From: Prevotella sp.
GTDB taxonomy: Bacteria > Bacteroidota > Bacteroidia > Bacteroidales > Bacteroidaceae
Direction of reading: 5' to 3'
Assembly: GCA_016285075.1 (NCBI GenBank)
Contig: JAEEQB010000007.1
Location: forward strand, 14,302-78,301
DNA length: 64,000 bases
Part shown: positions 54,839 to 64,000 of the stretch, piece by piece
Layout: the number at the start of each line of letters is the position of its first letter
How positions within the stretch are numbered: position 1 is the stretch's first letter
Translations under genes and position numbers: made by a program
The notes under the pieces: generated by a model
Database searches by the model: none
The model's input: only the letters and a program-made list of their open reading frames with translations
What the model was told of the DNA's origin: nothing

Positions 54839-55753
54839 TCACACGTCAAACACGCTCAGTTCGTTGGCCAAAACGGTGTTGGGGAACACTTCTTTGGCTT
54901 CGTCCAGGAGTATATTCTCGTCATTGTAGCGTGAGGAATAGTGCCCCAGGATGAGCTGGCGTACACCTGCGTCACGTGCCACGAGAGCAGCCTGACGGGC
55001 AGTGGAGTGATAGTATTTCTCGGCCTTCTGGAGATTGTCTTCCCCATAGGTGCTCTCATGATAGAGAGTGGTTACTCCGCTGAGCTGCTTGTATAGTTGT
55101 GGCAGGTATCGGGTGTCGCTGCAGTAGGCATAGCTGCGTGGCGGCTCGGCTGCTGTCACCAGACGGCTGTTTTCTACCACTGTTCCGTCTTCTGTGGTCC
55201 AGTCTGCTCCGTTCTTGATGTTCTGTATCTGTGAGGTGGGAATCTGGTAGAAGTCGATCATCTCGCGCCTGATGTGGGGCAAACCAGGTTTTTCGCGGAA
55301 GAGGAACCCGCATGTGGGCAGCCTGTGGCTCAGGGGTATGGTCTCCACTGTCAGCGAACGGTCTTCGAATACCACCTGCTGCTGTGTGGCGTCCAGTGGA
55401 TGGAACACCACTTCATAGTCCAGGTCGCGGCAGAAGGCGTTCTGCTGCTGCAGGAGCAAGGGCTCGAGTGCCGGGTCTGCATGTACGTGTAGGGTGGCAG
55501 TACGTCCCAGGAGTCCGAAGGTGGATATCATGCCGATGAGTCCGAAGCAGTGGTCGCCGTGAAGGTGGGAAATGAACACATGCCCCACCTTGTTGAAGTG
55601 TACGTGGCAGCGTCGTAGCTGCATCTGGGTACCTTCGCCGCAGTCCACCATAAACAGCTTGCCCCTTACCTCCACCAGTTGGGCGGAGGCATAGTGGCGT
55701 AGTGTGGGCAGTGCGCTGCCGCATCCAAGAATGTGTACTCTGAACGGCTCCAC
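54839..55753 (-). CDS. rnz: Ribonuclease Z
   Basis: LGCGSALP, the SHLHGDH motif and the C-terminal HYSSRY fit RNase Z. Confidence 0.9.
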   Translation of the reverse strand: MEPFRVHILGCGSALPTLRHYASAQLVEVRGKLFMVDCGEGTQMQLRRCHVHFNKVGHVFISHLHGDHCFGLIGMISTFGLLGRTATLHVHADPALEPLLLQQQNAFCRDLDYEVVFHPLDATQQQVVFEDRSLTVETIPLSHRLPTCGFLFREKPGLPHIRREMIDFYQIPTSQIQNIKNGADWTTEDGTVVENSRLVTAAEPPRSYAYCSDTRYLPQLYKQLSGVTTLYHESTYGEDNLQKAEKYYHSTARQAALVARDAGVRQLILGHYSSRYNDENILLDEAKEVFPNTVLANELSVFDV

Positions 55754-56458
55754 TTAGATCTTGAAGTCATCGAACGACGACTCCTCCAGCTTGATGTTAT
55801 TGTTGATTTTGCGTTCCTGCTGTCGGCTGTATTCAAACACCTCTTCACCGTCCAGGAAGTCACGCTTGCCGTCACTGTTGGCGTTGGGCAGTACGTAGGT
55901 GAGCGAGTCGGCTGTCAGTTTGGTGATGTCGTAGAGGTATATTTCCTCTTCGTCGCCGCCACCGTCACGCTGTGAGAAAATCTCCAGTTTGCCGTTGAAG
56001 ATGCGCCAGGTCTTGTAAATGACGCTGCTTTGCTCGATGCTTTCGGCTATGCCGCCTTCCTTGATGGCGATACCCATTTCCGACGAGCCGTCGATGGGGT
56101 TGGGCATAACCCAGTTGCCCAGCAGTGTTGACAGGTTGATGACGAGTTTGGCAGCGTGGTTGTTCTTCAGCATCACAGCCATCCGATCGCCCACTGCATA
56201 TCCGCCGAACACCTGTTTGTTGTTCTTAGCTTCGGCCAAACTGAGCATCAGTGTGTCGCCCATGTCGGTCAGCAGTTCAAGGGAGTTCATAGCTGATCCA
56301 TCGCCACAGATGCCGTAGACAGTGCTGTCACGATTGATGTTCGACACGTAGGTAGTGTCCTGCTCATAGTTCTGCTGCTGTTGCTGCTTGCCGCCGCAAC
56401 TGGTAATGGTCAGTGCTACTGCGGCTACCATTCCGATAATTTCCAGTCTTTTCATCAT
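55754..56458 (-). CDS. Hypothetical lipoprotein (lipocalin-like)
   Basis: The lipobox is ALTITSCGG. Confidence 0.6.
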   Translation of the reverse strand: MMKRLEIIGMVAAVALTITSCGGKQQQQQNYEQDTTYVSNINRDSTVYGICGDGSAMNSLELLTDMGDTLMLSLAEAKNNKQVFGGYAVGDRMAVMLKNNHAAKLVINLSTLLGNWVMPNPIDGSSEMGIAIKEGGIAESIEQSSVIYKTWRIFNGKLEIFSQRDGGGDEEEIYLYDITKLTADSLTYVLPNANSDGKRDFLDGEEVFEYSRQQERKINNNIKLEESSFDDFKI

Positions 56459-56468
56459 TATCTTCAGT

Positions 56469-57326
56469 TTAAGTTTTTTCCAATTCTTTAGCTTCGTTCC
56501 ACAGTGCGTCCATCTCTTCGAGGGTCATGTCCTTCAGAGGGCGTCCGGCACGGATGCTGTGTTCCTCGATGTAGTTGAAACGTCTGATGAACTTCTGGTT
56601 GGTCATTTCCAAAGCGTTGTCGGGATTCAGCTTGTAGAGCCGTGCTGCATTGACCACAGCGAAAAGCAGGTCTCCCAGCTCCTGGGTAGAGCGCTGCTGG
56701 TCACCGCGTTCCAGCTCAGCCTCCAGTTCATCCATTTCCTCGCGTACCTTTTTCCACACGTCGCGCCGGTCTTCCCAATCGAAACCCACATTACGGGCCT
56801 TGTCCTGAATGCGGTAGGCCTTGATGAGCGAGGGTAGGGCAGCGGGCACGCCCGACAGCACCGTTTTGTTGCCGTCTTTCTCGCGCAGCTTGATCTGCTC
56901 CCAGTTCTCCAGCACCTGTTCCTGTGTCTTCGCATCAGCAAACTCGCGCTGCTCCGTCTGCTCTTCACCGTAGGGCAGGGGTTTGGGCTCTGGCGCTCCT
57001 ACCTGCGAGGGATGGTAGATGTGAGGGTGACGGAATATCAGTTTGTCGGTCAGTTTGTTGCACACGTCGGAAATGTCGAACTGATTTTTCTCCTGTCCTA
57101 TTTTGGCATAGAAGCACACGTGCAGCAGCACGTCGCCCAGCTCCTTGCAGATTTCATGCACGTCGTCCTTCACCAGGGCGTCGCACAGTTCGTAGGTCTC
57201 CTCAATGGTATTGGGGCGCAACGAATCGTTGGTCTGCTTCTTGTCCCACGGACATTTCTCGCGGAGCTGATCGAGCACGTCGAGCATTCGCCCGAAGGCT
57301 TTCATTTGTTCTTCTCTTGTATGCAT
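56469..57326 (-). CDS. mazG: Nucleoside triphosphate pyrophosphohydrolase MazG
   Basis: There are two MazG repeats (CPWDKKQT...EETYE and FDWED...EEMDELE). The start was trimmed because the longer ORF runs into the caaaggta promoter box at 57345-57352. Confidence 0.85.
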   Translation of the reverse strand: MHTREEQMKAFGRMLDVLDQLREKCPWDKKQTNDSLRPNTIEETYELCDALVKDDVHEICKELGDVLLHVCFYAKIGQEKNQFDISDVCNKLTDKLIFRHPHIYHPSQVGAPEPKPLPYGEEQTEQREFADAKTQEQVLENWEQIKLREKDGNKTVLSGVPAALPSLIKAYRIQDKARNVGFDWEDRRDVWKKVREEMDELEAELERGDQQRSTQELGDLLFAVVNAARLYKLNPDNALEMTNQKFIRRFNYIEEHSIRAGRPLKDMTLEEMDALWNEAKELEKT

Positions 57327-57390
57327 CTTTTCAATAATTCGGGGCAAAGGTACGAAAAATAATGTAAACTGCCAAAAGCTATCGGCTGTT

Positions 57391-60300
57391 TTAATGAATA
57401 TGTTTTTTCCCGTTCCTAATGTAAAGCCCCTTGGTGTGGCCGTTATACTGTCGCCCGCTCAGGCTGTAGGTTGTCTGCTGGGCATTCCCGGCAGGCTTTA
57501 TGTCAGCATCTGTGGCCTTCACGCCGACAGGGTCGTAGGGACGGACATAGAGCACCCCCTTTGACAGCAGTTCGCTGGTGTCCCATGCCTGGGTGGATGA
57601 CGGCTGTGCAGGCTCTATCTGCGAAAAGCCCTGACCGCTGACCTTTCCGTTGAACACCTGTATGGCAGTATTGTCGGCAAAGGTGGTGCCCATCATGGCA
57701 TCGTTGAGCCGCAGGATGGCCCCCTCCTCCAGTTTCAGCCCACCGCTGAAGGTGAGTCCTTTGTCGGTAGCGAGAGTGTCACCTACCCAGAGCATTGCGC
57801 CGCTCTTGATGGTTACGGCACCGGCTATGGTACCCTTGCCGCCCAGTGCTGCTCCGGCATTGACGGTGACGGCACCCGTTCCCGTGTGCTTGCCGTTGAC
57901 GATGAGGAGTCCGTCGTTGACGGTGGTGGTTCCTTTATAGTCGTTGGTGCCAGTAAGACGCCAGAGGCCTGTTCCCGTCTTGGTGATGCTGACGGTGCCC
58001 GCGTGTCCGCTGCCGCTGCACGACCAGTTGTTGATGCTCCCCCGGAAAGTCTCGTCGGTATTGGCAGAACCTACTGTCCACTTGCATGTAAAACCGTCGG
58101 TCTGTTTGCTGGAGCCGTTGATGTAGGTGCCGGAAGAGCCTGAGATACCTCCGATGGTCTGGGTACCGTTGGTGCTCCAGTAGCACAAGTTGGCATTGCC
58201 CTTGAGTTCAATGACGGCTTTGTCGAGCTTGGGCTGCTTGTCGAGCAGCAGCAGCGAGCCGCGCTTGTCGGAAGAGACGCCGTTGGCAATGAGCCTTCCC
58301 GTGAAGCCGCTCCAGTCGCCTTGCACGTATTCGCGCAGATAGGGGATGTTGAGCTGCAGGGTGCCTGCACCGGTCACCTTGCTGTTGATATAGCAGTTGC
58401 GGTTAGGCGACAGCTGCGATGTAGTACCCTCCACCACTTCAATGGGGAAGGCGTAGGTCTCGTAGCCGCTGGATTCGCCCTTGGTCTGCAGGTGTCCGCC
58501 GCTCATGACAAGCTTTGACGAGGAGCCGATGCCTGCCTTTGAGATGTCTGTGGTGCTGAGGTAGAGCTTTCCCCCTTTGAGCACGGTGGCCCCTTTGTAG
58601 CCGAAGAACTTGCTGGTGCCTATGGTGAGCTGTCCGCTGCCGTTGAGGGTGAGGCTGCAGGCAGCATCAGAACCTTCTACGGTACCGTTCATAGTGACGG
58701 TGGCCTTCGTGATGTCGAGTACGGAGGAGGCTGAGAGTTTGGCAGAGCGGTTGGTGGTGGTTGTGGCACCTGTGTACCGGCACGTGCCGCCGTCGAGAAT
58801 CCAGTTCTGTGCAAATTCCACGCTGGCACCGATACTGCTGGGCTCGCCACCGTTCTTCAGGGTTGAGAACTCCAGCACGCCGTCGTGTACAACGGTGGCT
58901 CCTGTATAGGTGTTGGTGGTCTGCAGACAGAGGGTGCCCTCGCCTGCCTTGTTGACAGAAGCTGCACCTCCGATGGCACCGGTGCCGCTGACGGTAAGCA
59001 GTACGGGTTCCTTGTAGACTACGGCTGCTGGTTCTATGCTTTCATTGATTGTTAGTGTAGCTTCTTCAGCAGGAGCCAGCAGTACGTTCCTGCCGTCGGC
59101 ACTGGTCTTGCTGAAGTCGCCTACAGTCCACGTATAGTCGGGTAGATAGGAGTCGGTATCGATGATACCAACCTCCAACGGGCGGGTAGACATCTCCAAA
59201 GGCCCCGCATAGTCAGACTCCTTGTCGGCGGCGAAGGCTTTCACGCGTACATTATATTTAATGCCAGGCTCGAGCCCAGTAATGGTATAGCTGGTGACAT
59301 TGGCGGCAGTACGTCCTGTCTCCACATAGTTGTCACCTTGCTTCACCTCGATGGCAAAGCCTTCTTCCTCGTAGGTATAGTCACGCCACGAAATCTTCAG
59401 CGTGGTGGTGGTGGCTGTGGTCAGTTCCAAAGCCACAGGGGTGCGGAGGAAGAAATCGCGGTCTTCGGAGGTGATGCCGTTGATGTAGTTCTCGATGTTG
59501 GCGTAGCCGTTAGCTGCCAGTTTCATGGCATCGTCCTTGGCAGGGTCGGTGCCGTTGGCCTTTTCCCATTCGTCAGGCATACCGTCACCGTCAGTGTCCG
59601 TACGTTTCACGCCGGGAAAGACATTCCACGTGGTAGGGGCGCCGTAGGCCAGTGTCTCCTCGTTGGAGATGAGCGCTCCCTTCTTGCCATAGCTCATCAC
59701 TTCGTCCACCATATAGCAGTCCACAGGGTCGCGATAGGGCAGCGAGGCTCCTACTGTGGGAAGGTTCGTCTCCAGGAGCGTGCGTCCGGGGTTCAGCTGC
59801 AATGCGGGATAGTCGTAGGGTTTCGATTCGCGGGTGGCAGCGTTGTAGTCTGTAATCTCGAAGGGGTTGAACACACCGTTCATGTCGTTGTCCTGCCAGT
59901 TGTCCACACCGTAGCAGTGGAAGTCGGCATTGCCGCCTGTGAAGGCGGCGCCTCCCTTTGCAGGACCGTTGATGAAGAGGTTCGACTGTATGTTCACGTA
60001 GGACTTTCCCTCGGAGTCGCCGCCCATGATATAGGCACCGTTACTCCAGTTGTAGACCATGTTGTTGGCATACTGGTTGATGCCTTTCACCTTGAAGTTA
60101 CGCGTGTTGTTGTCGCAGAGGAAGTTGCCGATGAGCGACACGTAGTTGGTCTGCATCAGTCCTCCTGCTGAGTGTGTCATCAGTCCTTGTCCCACAATAC
60201 TGTTCTGCAGGGTGATATGTTCGGGCGATGCTCCCTTGCCGTCAGGGTTGATGGAGAAAGTCTCGTCGAGTCCCCATGCAAACGAGCAGTGGTCGAAAAT

Positions 60301-60735
60301 CATGTTCTGTCCGTTGGCAATACCTGCACAGTCCTTGCCGCTGGAGCCGTTGTGCCCCATGCGGAATCGCATGTAGCGGACGATGATGTTCTCGGCGCCC
60401 GAGAAGCTGACGCCGTCGCCATAGACGGTAATTCCCTCTCCAGGTGCCGTCTGACCTGCCACATAGAGGTTCTTAGAGAACACGATGCGGCTATTGATGT
60501 GGATGACTCCAGCCACGTCGAATACCACAATGCGGTTAGGCTGGCTCACGGCGTTGCGCAGGGAGCCTGCGCCCGTGTCGTTGAGGTTGGTGACGTGATA
60601 GACCGTTCCCGTGCGTCCACCAGTGGCAAAGCGCCCCCAGCCTTGTGCACCCGGAAAGGCCAGCTGCTGGGCAGAGGCAGTGAAAACTGATAACAGACAG
60701 GTGACAGACAGTAAAGACAGGATTCTTCTTTTCAT
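57391..60735 (-). CDS. Secreted pectate-lyase-like protein with an FN3 domain, autotransporter-associated beta-strand (PATR) repeats and a T9SS sorting domain
   Basis: It has a signal peptide, AFPGAQGWGRFATGGRTGTVYHVTNLND.GAGSLR (pectate lyase N-terminus) and repeated TGxTxVxxGxL units. The C-terminus is YSLSGRQ....GLYIRNGKK. Confidence 0.7.
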   Translation of the reverse strand: MKRRILSLLSVTCLLSVFTASAQQLAFPGAQGWGRFATGGRTGTVYHVTNLNDTGAGSLRNAVSQPNRIVVFDVAGVIHINSRIVFSKNLYVAGQTAPGEGITVYGDGVSFSGAENIIVRYMRFRMGHNGSSGKDCAGIANGQNMIFDHCSFAWGLDETFSINPDGKGASPEHITLQNSIVGQGLMTHSAGGLMQTNYVSLIGNFLCDNNTRNFKVKGINQYANNMVYNWSNGAYIMGGDSEGKSYVNIQSNLFINGPAKGGAAFTGGNADFHCYGVDNWQDNDMNGVFNPFEITDYNAATRESKPYDYPALQLNPGRTLLETNLPTVGASLPYRDPVDCYMVDEVMSYGKKGALISNEETLAYGAPTTWNVFPGVKRTDTDGDGMPDEWEKANGTDPAKDDAMKLAANGYANIENYINGITSEDRDFFLRTPVALELTTATTTTLKISWRDYTYEEEGFAIEVKQGDNYVETGRTAANVTSYTITGLEPGIKYNVRVKAFAADKESDYAGPLEMSTRPLEVGIIDTDSYLPDYTWTVGDFSKTSADGRNVLLAPAEEATLTINESIEPAAVVYKEPVLLTVSGTGAIGGAASVNKAGEGTLCLQTTNTYTGATVVHDGVLEFSTLKNGGEPSSIGASVEFAQNWILDGGTCRYTGATTTTNRSAKLSASSVLDITKATVTMNGTVEGSDAACSLTLNGSGQLTIGTSKFFGYKGATVLKGGKLYLSTTDISKAGIGSSSKLVMSGGHLQTKGESSGYETYAFPIEVVEGTTSQLSPNRNCYINSKVTGAGTLQLNIPYLREYVQGDWSGFTGRLIANGVSSDKRGSLLLLDKQPKLDKAVIELKGNANLCYWSTNGTQTIGGISGSSGTYINGSSKQTDGFTCKWTVGSANTDETFRGSINNWSCSGSGHAGTVSITKTGTGLWRLTGTNDYKGTTTVNDGLLIVNGKHTGTGAVTVNAGAALGGKGTIAGAVTIKSGAMLWVGDTLATDKGLTFSGGLKLEEGAILRLNDAMMGTTFADNTAIQVFNGKVSGQGFSQIEPAQPSSTQAWDTSELLSKGVLYVRPYDPVGVKATDADIKPAGNAQQTTYSLSGRQYNGHTKGLYIRNGKKHIH

Positions 60736-60737
60736 GA

Positions 60738-61649
60738 TTATTCCTCCAATGCTCCGATGATTTCATAGACAGACTTGCAGCCGTGACTGTCGAGCCACGC
60801 GTTGATGCCGTCGCGCACCTTGATGCTCACGGCGGGATCAAGGAAGTTGGCTGTGCCAATCTCAATGGCAGTGGCACCAGCCATCAGGAACTCTATGGCA
60901 TCCTTCGCCGAAGAGATACCACCCAGGCCAACGACGGGAATGCTCACCGCCTTTGCTACCTGCCAAACCATTCTCAGTGCTACGGGCTTCACGGCAGGAC
61001 CCGACAGTCCGCCAGTCTTGATGCTCAGCACAGGGCGGCGTCGTTCAATGTCGATGGCCATACCCATGAGGGTGTTGATGAGCGACACGGCGTCGGCGCC
61101 CTCATCCTCCATGCAGCGTGCTATGGCGGCTATGTCGGTAACGTTGGGCGACAGCTTCACAATCAGCGTCTTGTGGTAGGCCTGTCGTACGGCCTTGACC
61201 ACGCTGGCAGCACCGGCACACGTCACACCGAAGGCCATACCTCCGTCCTTGACGTTGGGACATGAGATGTTCAGCTCTATGGCGGGTATTTCTTCCAGTG
61301 CATCGATGCGGGCAGCACATTCGGCATAGTCCTCAGGCGACGAGCCGCTGACGTTGACTATCATGTTCGTATCAATATCCTTGATCTGCGGATAAATATG
61401 TTGGCAGAAGTAGTCCACGCCCTTGTTCTGCAGCCCCACACAGTTGAGCATACCCTGCGCCGTCTCCGCCATCCGGGGATAGTCATTACCCTCTCGAGGC
61501 TTCAGCGTGGTGCCCTTCACAATGATGCCGCCAATGCCGTCAAGCGGCATGAAGTCCTGGAATTCCAGACCGTAACCGAACGTACCCGAGGCGGTCATCA
61601 CGGGGTTCTTCAACGCCAGTTTCCCTATCTTTACACTTAAATCAGCCAT
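60738..61649 (-). CDS. pyrD: Dihydroorotate dehydrogenase (class 1B) catalytic subunit
   Basis: [19 protein letters not shown] and GGISS motifs fit PyrD, and it overlaps pyrK. Confidence 0.9.
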   Translation of the reverse strand: MADLSVKIGKLALKNPVMTASGTFGYGLEFQDFMPLDGIGGIIVKGTTLKPREGNDYPRMAETAQGMLNCVGLQNKGVDYFCQHIYPQIKDIDTNMIVNVSGSSPEDYAECAARIDALEEIPAIELNISCPNVKDGGMAFGVTCAGAASVVKAVRQAYHKTLIVKLSPNVTDIAAIARCMEDEGADAVSLINTLMGMAIDIERRRPVLSIKTGGLSGPAVKPVALRMVWQVAKAVSIPVVGLGGISSAKDAIEFLMAGATAIEIGTANFLDPAVSIKVRDGINAWLDSHGCKSVYEIIGALEE

Positions 61650-62470
61650 GTTAAGTCCTCCTTGTCAAAAACGGGTCCATCCTTGCACACACACACATTT
61701 CTCAAAGCCACTGTGCCGTCGTCCTCGCGTTGCCTGATCTTCTCGACACAGCACAGGCAGGCACCCAGGCCGCAGGCCATCATGTTCTCCAGCGACACCT
61801 GGCACTGCTGCTCCGTCTGTGTGGCATAGGCCACAACAGCCCGCATCATCGGCGTGGGACCGCAGCACTGTATCATGTCGAAACGCTCCTCGCGCAGCAA
61901 CGAGTGGTTGGTCACAAAGCCCTTCTCGCCCAAAGAGCCGTCTTCTGTGGTTACGCACACGCGCCCGTACTTATGAAATTCATCCATCATCAGCAGGTCC
62001 TTCGCCGTGCGGGCACCTAACAGGAACGTCACGTTGGCACCACAGGCCTCTTTCAGCACAGCGCCTTGATAGAGCAACGGTGCCACACCCACACCGCCGC
62101 CGACAAGCAGGTATTTCCCCGCTGCTGCGACGGAATCTTGCTCGCCAGCCTGCTGCTGGGGGAGATAAAAACCGTTGCCCAAGGGCAGCATGCAGTTCAG
62201 AATCTCACCTTCCTGCAGCTGTGCCAGACGTCGCGTTCCGTCGCCTACGACGGCCACCAGGAGCCACAGCTCGTTGCGGGCTCTGTCAACGAAATGGACG
62301 GATATAGGGCGACGCAGGAACGTGGCGGGACTTCCGTCCACACGCACCTCCACAAACTGGCCTGGCAGCGTCTGTGGCAACGGATGCTCATTGGTGAGCT
62401 TCAGCAGCACATAACGCTCGTGAATCCGCTTTACCGACTTCACTTGCAAGTCTAAAACATATTTCTTCAT
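61637..62470 (-). CDS. pyrK: Dihydroorotate dehydrogenase electron-transfer subunit
   Basis: It has the FAD/NAD-binding pattern RRPIS and [10 protein letters not shown]. The C-terminal 2Fe-2S cysteines are [11 protein letters not shown]. Confidence 0.85.
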   Translation of the reverse strand: MKKYVLDLQVKSVKRIHERYVLLKLTNEHPLPQTLPGQFVEVRVDGSPATFLRRPISVHFVDRARNELWLLVAVVGDGTRRLAQLQEGEILNCMLPLGNGFYLPQQQAGEQDSVAAAGKYLLVGGGVGVAPLLYQGAVLKEACGANVTFLLGARTAKDLLMMDEFHKYGRVCVTTEDGSLGEKGFVTNHSLLREERFDMIQCCGPTPMMRAVVAYATQTEQQCQVSLENMMACGLGACLCCVEKIRQREDDGTVALRNVCVCKDGPVFDKEDLTWLI

Positions 62471-62626
62471 GTCATTCAATTAGTTTTTGCCTACAAAGGT
62501 ACGAAAAAATCGATGAAGCGAGCACAGAGAAAGTATAATTTTCTGCTGTGCACTGGAAATTTATGCAATATGTGGGTGAAAACCAGCGTCAGAAGCAGCT
62601 GCAGCGGTGAAAGCCGTGCTGCCGCG

Positions 62627-63085
62627 TCAGAGACTGTCGTAGCTGGGAAAGTCCTTCAGGAACGTGTAGCACTGGCGTTCATAGTCCATCTTGCAGCAAT
62701 AATGCTGCACGCCGTTGCTCACAACCAGGTAGTCGACATGGAGCAGCAGGTTGTAGACGGAAATCTGGTCGAATGTCTTCTGCTGCAACTGGACGGTGGG
62801 AGCCTTGTATTCCACAATCATCTGGGGACGCAGCTCGCGTGTATATAATAAGGTATCGCAGCGCAGCCGCTTGCTGCCTACTTTCAGCTCCACCTCGTTG
62901 GCGAGCAGCCCCTTGGGGTAGCCCTTCTGCGTAATCATGAAGTGGACGAAGTTCTGACGGACCCATTCCTCGGGGGTCAGAGCCACGTATTTCTGACGCA
63001 GGATGTCGAAAATGGTACGCTTCCCGTCCTTTTCTGCTGTTTTTATTTGGTATTTCACTCGATTTGCATTAATTTTATGGCACAC
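62627..63085 (-). CDS. HsdR-N-terminal-domain (type I restriction enzyme R N-terminal-like) small protein conserved next to holA in Bacteroidota
   Basis: IFDILRQKYVALTPEEWVRQNFV...CDTLLY......MIVEYKAP.V.L....DQI..YN fits this family. A GTG start is inferred. Confidence 0.65.
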   Translation of the reverse strand: MCHKINANRVKYQIKTAEKDGKRTIFDILRQKYVALTPEEWVRQNFVHFMITQKGYPKGLLANEVELKVGSKRLRCDTLLYTRELRPQMIVEYKAPTVQLQQKTFDQISVYNLLLHVDYLVVSNGVQHYCCKMDYERQCYTFLKDFPSYDSL

Positions 63086-63156
63086 TCCAAGTTAGGCTGC
63101 ATCTCGGAAATACAAAGAAAAACGAGTTTTCCTTTGGTATTTCACTCGATTTGCAC

Positions 63157-63164
63157 TAACTTTG
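63157..63164 (+). promoter_or_regulatory. TAACTTTG -7 box for holA
   Basis: It matches the consensus and lies 35 nt upstream of the ATG at 63199. Confidence 0.5.
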
Positions 63165-63198
63165 CGGCAAAAATACGAAATAAAATCGAGAAAACGAA

Positions 63199-64000
63199 AT
63201 GGCAGAGGCAAAAAATGCTACTTACGAGGGTATAATGCGCGATTTGCAGGCAGGAAAGTACCTGCCTCTGTACTACCTCATGGGTGACGAGCCGTATTAT
63301 ATCGACAAAATCACGGACTATATAGCCGAGCACGCTCTGCAGCCCGAGGAGCGCGACTTCAACCAGACGGTGATGTTCGGTTCCGACGTGAATGCCTCTC
63401 AGGTGGTGGATGCTGCGCGACGCTATCCCATGATGGCCGAGCGGCAGGTGTTGATTGTGAAAGAGGCACAGAACATCAAGCAGACCGATGCACTGGAGAA
63501 GTATTTCCAGAACCCTATGGCTTCCACCGTGCTGGTGATGTGCCACAAGAACGGGACGGTGGACGGCCGCAAGCAGAAATATGTGAAGGCCATCCGTGAG
63601 GCGGGTGTGCTCTTTGAGAGCAAGAAACTGAAAGACGCCCAGTTGCCGTCGTTCATCGAGAACTATCTGCAGCAGCGTAACGTGAGTATTGATGACAAGT
63701 CGACACAGCTCATTGCCGAGTCCATCGGAGCAGACCTGAGCCGCCTCTCCGGCGAGCTCGAGAAGATGATCATCTCGCTGCCTAAGGACAACCTGAAGGT
63801 GACCCCCGAAGTGGTGGAAGAACAGATTGGGGTGAGCAAGGATTTCAACGGATTCGAACTGCGCGATGCCATTGTCAGACGAGATGTTTTCAAGGCAAAT
63901 CAGATTGTGAAATATTTTGACAATAATCCGAAGGCTGGTAGCATCTACTCATTTCTCCCGTTGCTCTTCAATTACTTCCAAAACCTGATGATCGCATTTT
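63199..64000 (+). CDS. holA: DNA polymerase III delta subunit (3' end outside the window)
   Basis: My own translation from 63199 gives MAEAKNATYEGIMRDLQAGKYLPLYYLMGDEPYYID...RYPMMAERQVLIVKEAQ, a HolA N-domain pattern. The frame stays open to the window end. Confidence 0.8.
   Translation, partial: MAEAKNATYEGIMRDLQAGKYLPLYYLMGDEPYYIDKITDYIAEHALQPEERDFNQTVMFGSDVNASQVVDAARRYPMMAERQVLIVKEAQNIKQTDALEKYFQNPMASTVLVMCHKNGTVDGRKQKYVKAIREAGVLFESKKLKDAQLPSFIENYLQQRNVSIDDKSTQLIAESIGADLSRLSGELEKMIISLPKDNLKVTPEVVEEQIGVSKDFNGFELRDAIVRRDVFKANQIVKYFDNNPKAGSIYSFLPLLFNYFQNLMIAF

Noticed and set aside
59338-60171. A 277-aa plus-strand ORF inside the pectate-lyase-like gene.
   Set aside because: It is an antisense shadow ORF with no motifs.

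Overview
This looks like a chromosomal window from a Bacteroidota genome, probably Prevotellaceae-like. That inference rests on TAnnTTTG promoter boxes, T9SS C-terminal sorting domains, lipoprotein signals and gene content. Most of the window is GC-rich housekeeping or glycan-degradation DNA: murB, coaW-like, rfbA, miaA, a Nif3 pair, dcp, aroC, slyD, aat-clpA-clpS, trmD, rpsO, rnz, mazG, pyrK-pyrD, holA, GH2, GH36, a pectate lyase, an S8 protease, an ECF sigma module and an L,D-transpeptidase. Four visibly AT-rich accessory patches interrupt it. (1) About 1.4-7.75 kb lies next to a VapE/VirE-type primase-helicase gene. (2) About 26.95-31.0 kb carries a decayed IS1595 transposase and small orphan genes. 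(3) About 40.3-41.2 kb holds a HEPN/nucleotidyltransferase toxin-antitoxin pair. (4) About 49.6-51.3 kb surrounds tRNA-Ser and tRNA-Glu. The best candidate for a new system is the operon at 2.2-5.8 kb. It encodes an XRE regulator, a cytoplasmic trypsin-fold protease, and an 859-aa protein that fuses about 20 BspA-type leucine-rich repeats to a complete DEDDh (DnaQ-like) exonuclease. A DUF1016 PD-(D/E)XK nuclease gene follows it. The second notable signal is a family of 22-bp-phased iteron-like arrays with a palindromic core AGTATSATACT. It occurs three times (1582-1664, 27098-27221, 49721-49844), each time in an intergenic stretch beside AT-rich accessory DNA. Other non-coding oddities are a compound palindrome after the VapE gene, a roughly 140-nt multi-helix RNA-like leader at 28.34-28.48 kb, heptanucleotide arrays flanking murB, and an orphan promoter with structured non-coding DNA at 7.2-7.7 kb. 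All calls come from reading the sequence and recalling family motifs; no database search was run.
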